Positions 1 through 9,720 of a stretch of 64,000 nucleotides of DNA are shown one piece after another; the first letter of the stretch is position 1, and every line of letters starts with the position of its first letter. The stretch comes from an uncultured bacterium (GTDB taxonomy: Bacteria; Patescibacteriota; JACMRA01). Under the pieces are notes generated by a model. The model saw only the letters and a list, made by a program, of their open reading frames with translations. It made no database searches and had not been told where the DNA came from. A program made the position numbers and the translations under genes. The DNA lies in NCBI GenBank assembly GCA_963784355.1, contig CAWAQU010000007.1, forward strand, positions 96,001 to 160,000, in the 5' to 3' direction.

Positions 1-986
1 GAATTAATTTTTTGGCTACCGTGTTTGGTAGAACTATCTCAAATGAAGGTGTAGGCAAAGATTATGGTGGGGATGAAAATTTGTGCTTGGAGCAGGGTGA
101 TGAAATAATTATCTCGGAATCTGAGCATCATAGTAATTTTGTACCTTGGCAAGTTCTAGCAGAAGAAAAAAAACTCAAACTTAGCTTTATCTCCATTAAT
201 CTTGATGGCACTTTGAACCTTGAAGAATACAAAAAATTACTAAACCCAAAAGTAAAACTAGTTGCAATTACTCACATATCTAATGTACTCGGTATCTTAA
301 ATCCCATTAAAGAGATGGCTAAACTGGCACATGAAAATGGAACTTTAGTAATAGTAGATGGAGCTCAAGCTGTAGCTCATGTTGAAGTTGATGTGCAAGA
401 TTTGGATGTAGATTTTTACTGCTTTTCTGCACACAAAATGTACGGTCCGCTCGGTATTGGAGTATTGTATGGTAAAAATGAATTATTGGAAAAAATTGCG
501 CCATATCAATTTGGCGGTGGAATGGTGTTTTATACATCCAAAAATGTTTCCAGATTTTCTTCACAACCGGATAAATTCGAAGCCGGAACTTTAAATATTG
601 CCGGAGCTTATGGACTAGCAGCAGCAATTGACTATCTGACTGAGCTTAGAAAAAACTTTGATGTAAAAAAACACGAGCATGATCTACTTAAGTATTTTTT
701 AGGGTGTATGGAAAAAGTTCAGGGCATTCAAATATTAAATACTAATCAAGATATTCCACTTGTGTGCTTTAATGTACTTGATGTCCATCCCAATGATTTA
801 GCCATGCTTTTAGGCTACAAAAATATTTGTTTGCGCACAGGTTCTCATTGCAGCGAGCCTCTAACCAAAAAATATGATCTACATTTTGGCGTATTAAGAG
901 TTTCGTTTAGTTTTTATAACACCATTGAAGAAATTGACTATTTTATGATCAAATTCAATGAAGCACTCAAAATAATTAGAGACTAG
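1..986 (+). CDS. sufS: Cysteine desulfurase, SufS family (5'-partial)
   Basis: EHHSN, DGAQ, FSAHKMYGP (PLP lysine), FEAGT and RTGSHC motifs; the frame is open to the window edge (INFLA...). Confidence 0.93.
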   Translation, partial: INFLATVFGRTISNEGVGKDYGGDENLCLEQGDEIIISESEHHSNFVPWQVLAEEKKLKLSFISINLDGTLNLEEYKKLLNPKVKLVAITHISNVLGILNPIKEMAKLAHENGTLVIVDGAQAVAHVEVDVQDLDVDFYCFSAHKMYGPLGIGVLYGKNELLEKIAPYQFGGGMVFYTSKNVSRFSSQPDKFEAGTLNIAGAYGLAAAIDYLTELRKNFDVKKHEHDLLKYFLGCMEKVQGIQILNTNQDIPLVCFNVLDVHPNDLAMLLGYKNICLRTGSHCSEPLTKKYDLHFGVLRVSFSFYNTIEEIDYFMIKFNEALKIIRD

Positions 987-1011
987 CAAAAAAACTTCTG
1001 CTTAAAGCAAT

Positions 1012-3990
1012 TTACAGCATTTTCTTTAAATATTGGCCTGTATAGGATTTTTCATTTAAAGCCACTTCTTCAGGAGTACCAAGTGCGATTATCTCGCCAC
1101 CTCTATTTCCACCTTCTGGTCCTAAGTCAATAATCCAGTCAGCAGTTTTGATTACATCCAAATTGTGTTCAATTACTAAAATAGTATTTCCTTTATCTAC
1201 AAGCTTGTGGAGTACATCAAGTAGTAATTTCACGTCTAGCGGGTGCAAACCTGTTGTAGGCTCATCTAAGATATATAGTGTGTTTCCTGTACCAATTTTA
1301 CTTAATTCAGTAGCCAATTTTATTCTTTGAGCTTCTCCACCGGACAGAGTTGTTGCTGACTGACCTAAGTGAATATATCCTAGACCTACATCAGACAGAG
1401 TTTGGAGCTTTCGCTTGATATTTGGATGATTAGTGAAGAATTCAAGAGCTTCTTCTACAGGCATTGCTAAAATATCGGCAATTGTTTTTTCACGGTAGGT
1501 GATTTCCAAAGTTTCACGATTGTATCTACGTCCCTGACAATCCTCACATACGACATATACATCAGGTAAAAAATTCATTTCCACTTTGATAATACCGTCA
1601 CCCTGACATGTTTCACATCTTCCTCCGGGTACATTGAAACTAAATCTACCTTGTTCGTAGCCTCGGGCTTTTGATTCGGGAAGGTTAGCAAACAGCTCTC
1701 TAATAGGGGTGAATAAGCCTGTATAGGTTGCGGGGTTACTTCTAGGCGTTCTACCTATTGGACTTTGGTCAATTATGATTGGTTTATCGATATTATTCAT
1801 TCCTTCAATACTATCAAACTTTCCTACAGGTAAATGGCTGTCGTAGAAATAATTCATCAGATAGTTAGCAAAAATATCGTTTATTAGTGTTGATTTACCA
1901 CTTCCGGAAACTCCGGTAATACACACAAACTTTTTTAAAGGTATTGAAATATCAACATCTTTTAGGTTATTTTCTTTTGCTCCAAGTATCTCTATACTTG
2001 TGTTGTTTTTATTTTCAGTTTTTGTAGCATTTCTGGCGGTTGAGACTTGGGTTTCTCTGCGACTTGTAGGTACAGGTATTATTTCTTTCCCGGCCAAGAA
2101 TCTACCTGTTGGGGACTCAGGATTTGCTGAAACCTCGTCGGGAGTACCGATAGCAACTACTTTACCACCATGTTTACCTGCTTTTGGACCAATATCAACC
2201 AAGTAATCGGCAGTGCGCATGGTCTCCTCGTCATGTTCTACAACAAGTACCGTGTTTCCAAGATTTCTAAGATGCTTAAGAGTCTCAAGTAACCTAGTAT
2301 TATCTCTTTGGTGTAATCCTATGGAAGGTTCATCCAAAATGTAGAGTACACCTGTCAGACCTGATCCGATTTGGGTAGCTAGTCGAATACGCTGAGCTTC
2401 TCCACCAGATAAAGTGTCACTACTTCTAGCTAAAGTTAGATATTCTAAACCTACATTTACTAAAAATCTTAAGCGGGAGATAACTTCTTTTAAAATTAAC
2501 TTGGATATTTCAAGCTCCTTTTCTCTCAAGGGAGAGCCTGTTTTACCGTCTTTGGTAGATTTGCCCTGCAACCATTCAAAATGCGATAGAGCATTGTTTA
2601 TAGGCATTTGGGAGACTGTGCTAATGTTGGAGTCTGCTACTGTAACTGCTAGACTATCAGGTTTTAATCTAGCACCTTTACAAGTACTACAAACTTGCTT
2701 TGTCATATAGTTTTCGATATCTCTGCGACTTGCCTCACTTGTAGTCTCTTTATATCTTCGTTGCAAGTTGGTAATTACACCCTCAAAACCTGCTTCTCCA
2801 TAAAGAATTGCATTTTTTTGCTTTTCGCTTAGATCTTTCCAAGCTATAGTTAGTTTGAATTTGTGTTTTTTAGCTAAGTTTTCAAACATTTGGGTTAGCC
2901 AGCCTCCACTCAAACTTAGTCTGCTAAGTGGCCTAATACACCCTTCCATAAGGGATAAATTAGGGTTTGGCACTACTAAATTTGGATCGATTTCTGTAAT
3001 TACTCCAAGACCTGTACAACTAAGACATGCACCATGAGGGGAGTTGAAACTAAATTGTCTTGGCTCAAGTTCTCCTGGGCTGCCATGACCGTTTGGACAA
3101 GCTCTATTTTTGTTGAAAAACAATTTGTTTTCGTTGCCATCATCTTCAATATGTAGAATTATGGCTTTTTCCTTTCCAAATTTAAGGGTAGTCTCAAGTG
3201 AGTCAACTAGTCTGATTCTGTTGTCGTCCTCCATGATAATTCTGTCTACTACAATTTCCAAACTGTGTTTCTGCTGTTTGTTCAATTCCAATTTATCTAC
3301 CTCTTCAATAAGCATGATTTGACCATCTACTCTCATTCTTCTAAAGCCATTTTTCTTTGCCTCTACTACATGTTGTCTATGCCACCCTTTTTGATCTTCT
3401 ACAACAGGCGCCAATAAAATAATTTGTGAACCATGTTTTAGATTCATAATTCTATCTACCATTCTAGCTACAGATTCACCTGTAATCTCAGCATTACAAA
3501 CAGGACAGTGCTGAATACCAATTTTAGAGTATAAAAGCCTCAGATAATCATAAATTTCGGTAGTTGTACCAACTGTGGATCTGGGATTTTGAGAAGTTGA
3601 TTTTTGGTCAATGGATATGGCAGGTGAAAGCCCGTCAATTGAGTCTAAATCCGGCTTTTCCTTCAAACCTAAAAACTGTCTGGCGTAACTACTAAGACTT
3701 TCTACATACCTTCTTTGGCCTTCTGCATAAATAGTATCAAAAACCAAACTGGATTTACCTGATCCTGATAGACCTGAAAATACAACAATTTTATTTTTCG
3801 GAATTACTAAAGAAACATCTTTTAAATTATGTTCCCTGGCACCACGTACAGTAATATAACTATGTGGGTTGGGCAATTGATTAGTATCTTCTAAATAGGC
3901 TTGTTTGTTGTATTCTACTAAAGAATCGAATATTTCTTGATCTTCTGGGCTCAGGGCTTTAATAGGTTGGTCTTTGGTTTTTTGTGACAT
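1012..3990 (-). CDS. uvrA: Excinuclease ABC subunit A
   Basis: GAREHNLK, two Walker A motifs (GLSGSGKS, GVSGSGKS), LSGGEAQRI twice, CxxC zinc fingers. Confidence 0.98.
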   Translation of the reverse strand: MSQKTKDQPIKALSPEDQEIFDSLVEYNKQAYLEDTNQLPNPHSYITVRGAREHNLKDVSLVIPKNKIVVFSGLSGSGKSSLVFDTIYAEGQRRYVESLSSYARQFLGLKEKPDLDSIDGLSPAISIDQKSTSQNPRSTVGTTTEIYDYLRLLYSKIGIQHCPVCNAEITGESVARMVDRIMNLKHGSQIILLAPVVEDQKGWHRQHVVEAKKNGFRRMRVDGQIMLIEEVDKLELNKQQKHSLEIVVDRIIMEDDNRIRLVDSLETTLKFGKEKAIILHIEDDGNENKLFFNKNRACPNGHGSPGELEPRQFSFNSPHGACLSCTGLGVITEIDPNLVVPNPNLSLMEGCIRPLSRLSLSGGWLTQMFENLAKKHKFKLTIAWKDLSEKQKNAILYGEAGFEGVITNLQRRYKETTSEASRRDIENYMTKQVCSTCKGARLKPDSLAVTVADSNISTVSQMPINNALSHFEWLQGKSTKDGKTGSPLREKELEISKLILKEVISRLRFLVNVGLEYLTLARSSDTLSGGEAQRIRLATQIGSGLTGVLYILDEPSIGLHQRDNTRLLETLKHLRNLGNTVLVVEHDEETMRTADYLVDIGPKAGKHGGKVVAIGTPDEVSANPESPTGRFLAGKEIIPVPTSRRETQVSTARNATKTENKNNTSIEILGAKENNLKDVDISIPLKKFVCITGVSGSGKSTLINDIFANYLMNYFYDSHLPVGKFDSIEGMNNIDKPIIIDQSPIGRTPRSNPATYTGLFTPIRELFANLPESKARGYEQGRFSFNVPGGRCETCQGDGIIKVEMNFLPDVYVVCEDCQGRRYNRETLEITYREKTIADILAMPVEEALEFFTNHPNIKRKLQTLSDVGLGYIHLGQSATTLSGGEAQRIKLATELSKIGTGNTLYILDEPTTGLHPLDVKLLLDVLHKLVDKGNTILVIEHNLDVIKTADWIIDLGPEGGNRGGEIIALGTPEEVALNEKSYTGQYLKKML

Positions 3991-4021
3991 GTATAAACGA
4001 CAAGATAATTGTACGTTTTTG

Positions 4022-5044
4022 TCAAAGTTTTATTTCCAAAAAATACCATTTATTCAGTAAACTATCCTTAGATTCCTCATACTCAATTAGCTTAGCTTTT
4101 GTATCAGATGTTGTTTTATCAAAATCCAGTTTGACTTTACTAGCGGAATCAAGAATCGAACTAAAATCAAATTTATAATTCATCAAATTCTGAAATCCGG
4201 TAAACCAGTCTGCAAGCCATTTATTATAATTAGGATAAATTAAAGGTTGGGTATTTTTTATTGGAGCAGCAATTTTTGTAGTAGCTGTGGATGCTGAGTT
4301 TTTAGTTGTGCTTGTAGTAACACTTGGTATAGCATAATTTGTTAGCTCTGCACACTTATCGTTACTTTTTTTAACTGTTTCTTTTATTGAGTTATTGTAG
4401 AAATCAAAATTTGATAACTTTGTTTCATTTGCAGTTAAACTTTGGCATATTTTAACTGACTCCTGTAAACTTCCTTTTGTTTGTTGAAAACTTTCACAAC
4501 TATCTATCCAAACATTTCTATAATCCAAAAATTTTACAAATTCAGAGCTTTTTTCATAGGATTCATGTTGATTTGCAAGGCTATTTTCGTAATTTTGATA
4601 CAAATCTTTATATATTTCTTTAATTTTACCATCTGCAAAAACGCTATAATTCCCTAAATCTTTAAGATTTTGGTCAGGCAATAAACTTGTGGCAAAAGAA
4701 TTGAATGTTTTAAATTCGTCTGTTTCAAGATCAACTTTTTGTGATTCACTACAAGGTTCTAATGGATCAAAATCCGTGTCCGTCTCAAAGATTGCATATG
4801 CAACGTCATTTAATTTTTGTGATTGTTCATCAAACTTTTTTTGGAGTTTGCTTGTTTTCTGGGTTGCAAAATTGACATAACTTTTCAATATTATAGGTTG
4901 CAGGCCAATAAAGTAGAAAACAACTACACCGATTGCTAATGATATGGCTATTGCACGCCACACAATATCAAAGTTGAATTTAGTGACTGAATTATTATTC
5001 ATGGTTTTAAAGTTAACCAAAGTGTTTTGTGGTCTATTTGTCAA
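4022..5044 (-). CDS. Hypothetical membrane-anchored protein (start possibly ATG 5002)
   Basis: 340-aa ORF with one N-terminal hydrophobic helix and a Cys-containing helical ectodomain. Confidence 0.7.
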   Translation of the reverse strand: MTNRPQNTLVNFKTMNNNSVTKFNFDIVWRAIAISLAIGVVVFYFIGLQPIILKSYVNFATQKTSKLQKKFDEQSQKLNDVAYAIFETDTDFDPLEPCSESQKVDLETDEFKTFNSFATSLLPDQNLKDLGNYSVFADGKIKEIYKDLYQNYENSLANQHESYEKSSEFVKFLDYRNVWIDSCESFQQTKGSLQESVKICQSLTANETKLSNFDFYNNSIKETVKKSNDKCAELTNYAIPSVTTSTTKNSASTATTKIAAPIKNTQPLIYPNYNKWLADWFTGFQNLMNYKFDFSSILDSASKVKLDFDKTTSDTKAKLIEYEESKDSLLNKWYFLEIKL

Positions 5045-5169
5045 GGAAGTTGTTTATTGTAACTTTAGTTTTTATTACTGTTTATTTGTATATTTCGGTT
5101 TATAATCAAAATTACTATGGAGCTGATGTTTGACAAAATATATTTAAAACGGAAGCCTATAAGCAATAT

Positions 5170-7662
5170 ATGTTCCAAGATGTTCCGGTTAGACATAGTG
5201 TCGATTTTAGTGGAGTTAATTTAAGTTTAGAAACTGGTTTACTTGCTAATCAAGCAAATAGTTCAGTTTTAGCTACGTTGGGTGAAACAACTGTACTTGC
5301 AGCCGTAGTTGTCGGTAAAGAAACTAGTGTTGACTATTTCCCCCTCCAAGTAATTTACGAAGAGAGAATGTACGCCAGTGGTAAAATCAAAGGATCAAGA
5401 TTTATTAAAAGGGAGGGAAGACCATCTGAAAGTGCTATACTGACCGGACGCATGATTGATAGGTCATTAAGATCATTATTTGATAAAAATATTCGTAGTG
5501 AAGTGCAAGTTGTAATTACCGTTTTGAGTATAGATGAAGTAAATCCGCCGGATATCTTGTGTGTGCTTGCAGCATCTGCAGCTTTAAAAATTGCTATTAA
5601 AGATTTTCAAGGTCATGTAAGTAGTGTACGTATCGGTCAATTGGCTATAAATGGAGCAACATCAATAGTTAATTCAATAAAAGAAAAAGTAAATTCAGGT
5701 TTGGATTTTGATCAGATGAGAGAAATTTTGATTGATGCTTGTAGAGTTCTAGAAATTCACGATGAAGATCAAAGAAAACAATTTAGAGAAATTTTTGACT
5801 TGCTTGGTGCTAAAAATCCTGATTGGGCCAACAAATTAAAGGAAATTTACCAGCAAGAATCCAGAGGTCTAAAACAGGAAACCTTATCAAAATATTCTTC
5901 TAGTTATACATCTGTTGCTCTTCCGACCTATGAGCAAATGGCTAGTTCAGAGCTTGATTTAGTTGTTTCCGGTGATGGAGATAATATTATGATGGTAGAG
6001 GCAGGGGCAAATATTATTAATGAAGATATAATCGGCAGTAGTTTAGATGTGGCAGCTGTAAACTTGAAGAAATTAACTAAATTTCAAACTGAGTTTATAG
6101 AAAAAGTAGGAGCAGAAATGAATATTCAACCTAAAGAACTAGTGAAAAAAGAGGCTGATCCGAAGTATGTAGACTACTGGTTGAGCTATGGGGAAGACTT
6201 GGAAAATGTACTTTACATGAGCGGCAGTAAAGAGGAAAAAGCAGATGCACTGAATGATCTCAAGCAAAAACATCTTAACGCAGCTGAAAAGTTTGCAGAA
6301 ATGACTACTTTAATTACGGCAGATTCTGATTTAAAAGAAAACATTTCTCAAATTATTGAAAAACAAGACGCAGATCTAAAAAGTATTTTAAACAGCCAGG
6401 CCAATATTGTTACTGAAAAATCTGAGCTAACTACTTTAAAATCAAACCTTCAAATAGCTCTAGATAAAGTCATACAGAAACTAGTTCATACAAATGTTTT
6501 AGAGAAAGACAGACGTTTAGATGGGCGCAGGCTTGATGAAACCAGAAAAATAATTTGCCAAATTGGAGTCTTACCAATGGTACATGGCTCAAGCTTATTC
6601 CAAAGAGGAGAGACGCAAGTACTTAATGTATTGACTTTAGGCACTTCTAGGGATGCACAATTACTTGATGATATGGAGGATTTTGAGGAACAGACTAAAA
6701 GATATATCCATCATTACAATTTTCCTGCATATTCCGTTGGCGAGACAGGTCGATATTTCGGTCCGGGAAGGCGTGAGATTGGTCATGGAGCTTTGGCTGA
6801 AAAAGCACTTTTGCCTGTACTTCCAACTGAAGAAGAGTTTCCATACACTCTTAGACTAGTTAGTGAATGTCTAGGATCAAACGGCTCTACTTCAATGGCG
6901 TCTACATGTGGATCATGTCTTAGCCTTTTAGAAGGAGGAGTACCAATCAAAGATTTAGTTGCGGGAGTAGCTATGGGCTTGATTTTAGATAGCCAAAGCG
7001 GTAAATTTAAAGTTTTGACAGATATTCAAGGTAGCGAAGATCATTACGGAGACATGGACTTTAAAGTAACAGGTACTAAAAATGGTATTACTGCGATTCA
7101 ATTGGACAATAAAGTTGCAGGGCTTACAACTGAGATCTTAAAACAAGCCCTAGTTCAATCAAAAGCTGCTAGAATGCACATTTTGGGTATAATGAATCAA
7201 GCGATTAATCAGGCTAGACCTGAAGTATCAAAATACGCTCCAGGTGTCATCACGTTGCAAGTCCCTGTAGATAAAATTGGTGAAGTGATTGGACCAAGCG
7301 GTAAAATAATCAAATCTATTATTGCTAGATATCAGGTTGATGTAGATATTGAGGATAACACAGGAAAAACATTTATTTATGGTAAAGATAGAGACAATGT
7401 TGCAAAAGCTGCCGATACAATTAAAAAGCTGATCAAAGAATATAAAGTGGGCGACAGCGTTGGTGGAAAGGTATTTAGAATCGAGAGTTACGGAGCTTTT
7501 GTAAAAATTGATGATACAGATAAAGAAGGAATGATACATATCTCTCAAATTTCTGAAAAAAGAGTAAACAATATCAATGAAGTCATAACAATGGGGCAGG
7601 AATTGCAAGCCAAAGTTGTGGAAATTAATGATAAAGGGCAAATTAGCCTAACTCTTAAGTAG
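5170..7662 (+). CDS. pnp: Polyribonucleotide nucleotidyltransferase (PNPase) with insertions
   Basis: KREGRPS, IDRSLR, RREIGHG, SNGSTSMAS, GDMDFKVTG motifs; KH (IGPSGK) and S1 domains. Confidence 0.97.
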   Translation: MFQDVPVRHSVDFSGVNLSLETGLLANQANSSVLATLGETTVLAAVVVGKETSVDYFPLQVIYEERMYASGKIKGSRFIKREGRPSESAILTGRMIDRSLRSLFDKNIRSEVQVVITVLSIDEVNPPDILCVLAASAALKIAIKDFQGHVSSVRIGQLAINGATSIVNSIKEKVNSGLDFDQMREILIDACRVLEIHDEDQRKQFREIFDLLGAKNPDWANKLKEIYQQESRGLKQETLSKYSSSYTSVALPTYEQMASSELDLVVSGDGDNIMMVEAGANIINEDIIGSSLDVAAVNLKKLTKFQTEFIEKVGAEMNIQPKELVKKEADPKYVDYWLSYGEDLENVLYMSGSKEEKADALNDLKQKHLNAAEKFAEMTTLITADSDLKENISQIIEKQDADLKSILNSQANIVTEKSELTTLKSNLQIALDKVIQKLVHTNVLEKDRRLDGRRLDETRKIICQIGVLPMVHGSSLFQRGETQVLNVLTLGTSRDAQLLDDMEDFEEQTKRYIHHYNFPAYSVGETGRYFGPGRREIGHGALAEKALLPVLPTEEEFPYTLRLVSECLGSNGSTSMASTCGSCLSLLEGGVPIKDLVAGVAMGLILDSQSGKFKVLTDIQGSEDHYGDMDFKVTGTKNGITAIQLDNKVAGLTTEILKQALVQSKAARMHILGIMNQAINQARPEVSKYAPGVITLQVPVDKIGEVIGPSGKIIKSIIARYQVDVDIEDNTGKTFIYGKDRDNVAKAADTIKKLIKEYKVGDSVGGKVFRIESYGAFVKIDDTDKEGMIHISQISEKRVNNINEVITMGQELQAKVVEINDKGQISLTLK

Positions 7663-7681
7663 TTTTAATTCACTCCTACAC

Positions 7682-7951
7682 ATGTCTTCAGAATATTTAG
7701 CACAAAACCAATCTAAAGTAAAGTTGGTACTTGATGCTATTTTATCAAATCAAGAAAACAATATTGACCCTTTAGACATTAGAATTTTAGCTGAAAAAAC
7801 AAATTTGTCTGCAATTGAAGTAACAGTTATAGTAGAACATGTTTGTGATCATCTGAGGATTGATAAATACTTATACCATACAGAGGTTGATAAACTAAGA
7901 GAAAAAGTATCAGTTTTGTTTGAAACATTGAAAAAACATCAGTTGAAATAG
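7682..7951 (+). CDS. Hypothetical protein
   Basis: 89-aa ATG ORF 20 nt after pnp on the same strand. Confidence 0.65.
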   Translation: MSSEYLAQNQSKVKLVLDAILSNQENNIDPLDIRILAEKTNLSAIEVTVIVEHVCDHLRIDKYLYHTEVDKLREKVSVLFETLKKHQLK

Positions 7952-8143
7952 TGTTTTAAATTTCGATTAGTTTCGCTTAATTTACCTGGATTTAGTTTTA
8001 GTTAGAAACATATACTTTCACACCCGGCTGCCAACTGAGTAATCAAAGTTATAAAAATATAAATATTGGGCAAAAATTGCTCTTTTACTCAAAATAATCG
8101 CAATAACGATTAAAAACCTGCTAAATATAATATACATAACTAT

Positions 8144-9718
8144 ATGTTAAAATTGAATGATTTTAGTTTCGCCCATTCCGGGTCTGAAAACTTGATAAAT
8201 GGATTTTATTTAGATTTAAAGCCCTCACAAATTGCTGTGTTGTTGGGTTCAAATGGGGTAGGGAAATCATCAGTGCTAAATGCTGTCTGGGAAGAAAGTT
8301 TCGAGAAAACCCAAAAAGTACAGTTACCAATTGACAAGGTCTACTTTACTCAGGATATTCCTGCAGATTTAGATTTAAACCCTCAAAAGGTAAATTCTAG
8401 CTTTTATGAAATATTATACGAAGTCTGGAATGGAAGATTAGATAGTGAAAAATTGATGGACTGGCTTAGCGTTGTGGTAAATGAAATACCGAAAAACTTT
8501 GAAGCTAGATTGGAGCAAAACTTATTTGAAATGCGCTTAGCACCGGGATTTTTATCTACCAATTACCAAGAGCTGTCACCGGGAACCAAGAAAAGATTGT
8601 TATTATCTATTTTGTTTGCTACGGATCCAAAAGTAATTTTGGCGGATGAGCTGACAAATCATTTGGATACAGATTCAATTAAAGTTGTTTTGGATTGGCT
8701 AAAAAATAGTCGTGCAAGTATTTTACTGGTTGACCACAATCAAGAATTTTTACAAGCAATTGGCAACTACTTCATTTTTTTACCTAATAACAAAACTCGG
8801 AAACCAATACATTTACCGAATTTGAATTTCCAGGAAGCTATGGAATATCTAGCTAATTTAGAAGAGAGGCAGAAAGATGATTTGGAGGAAGTAGAAAAAA
8901 AGCATAGACAGCTTGAAGCGGTAAAAAAAGAAGCACAAAGACAGGCCACAGTTTTCAATAGCACGGCAGCCGGAAAACGAGTCAAGGCAACTGAAAAAAG
9001 AATTGAGAGAGAAGTTTTGAATAATGAAATCAGATTTGAACAAGATATTAAGAAAAAAGTGACTTTTAAGGCTGAAGAAAATAAAAGTAAAATAAAGCCA
9101 AACTTGTTGATAAATATTGACTTACTGGAATTCAAAATTGGTGTAAATAAAGTACAAAAAATCCGAGAGTTTAAATTGTATCATGGCGAAAGGCTCAGAA
9201 TAACAGGACCAAATGGTGGCGGTAAAAGTAGCTTGCTCAGAATTTTAGAAAAATATATTACAGAGCATGTACCCCTAGCTGAACTTGATCAATACATTAG
9301 TGGAGAAATAGAGTACAAGGACCTGGAGTCGCCTCAAGTGGCCATTTTGGAGCAGGTAGCTAACTATCCTCATGATTTTAACTTGGAGATGTTCATTACA
9401 CGTTATACCACTTTGATGGGCTATGAAATGAATTCGTTTTTGAAAAATCTGGAACTTGATAAATTTCCATTAAACACACCTATAAATTACCTATCTATGG
9501 GTGAATTTATTAGACTCCAACTGGGAATTATTACTAGAAATCTCGGTAGAATCAAACTTTTAATATTAGATGAGCCCGGCAATTTTTTGGATATATTCAC
9601 TCAAAAAGCCCTGGTCAATTTATTGAAAAAGTACAAAGGTAGCCTAATTTTAGTAACTCACGACCAAACTCTAGCTGAACAAATCGAAATTGATAAGACC
9701 TTTACTGTAGAGATGTAG
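8144..9718 (+). CDS. ABC-F family ATPase (two ABC domains, no membrane domain)
   Basis: GSNGVGKS/LSPG/ILADE and GPNGGGKS/LSMGE/LILDE/VTHD joined by a charged helical linker. Confidence 0.85.
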   Translation: MLKLNDFSFAHSGSENLINGFYLDLKPSQIAVLLGSNGVGKSSVLNAVWEESFEKTQKVQLPIDKVYFTQDIPADLDLNPQKVNSSFYEILYEVWNGRLDSEKLMDWLSVVVNEIPKNFEARLEQNLFEMRLAPGFLSTNYQELSPGTKKRLLLSILFATDPKVILADELTNHLDTDSIKVVLDWLKNSRASILLVDHNQEFLQAIGNYFIFLPNNKTRKPIHLPNLNFQEAMEYLANLEERQKDDLEEVEKKHRQLEAVKKEAQRQATVFNSTAAGKRVKATEKRIEREVLNNEIRFEQDIKKKVTFKAEENKSKIKPNLLINIDLLEFKIGVNKVQKIREFKLYHGERLRITGPNGGGKSSLLRILEKYITEHVPLAELDQYISGEIEYKDLESPQVAILEQVANYPHDFNLEMFITRYTTLMGYEMNSFLKNLELDKFPLNTPINYLSMGEFIRLQLGIITRNLGRIKLLILDEPGNFLDIFTQKALVNLLKKYKGSLILVTHDQTLAEQIEIDKTFTVEM

Positions 9719-9720
9719 GA

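Noticed and set aside
1148-3322. Short antisense ORFs within uvrA (and similar ones inside other long genes)
   Set aside because: Fully nested opposite well-supported genes, with no motifs
5641-5910. Intein in pnp
   Set aside because: No C/S start, HN end or homing endonuclease motifs; too short
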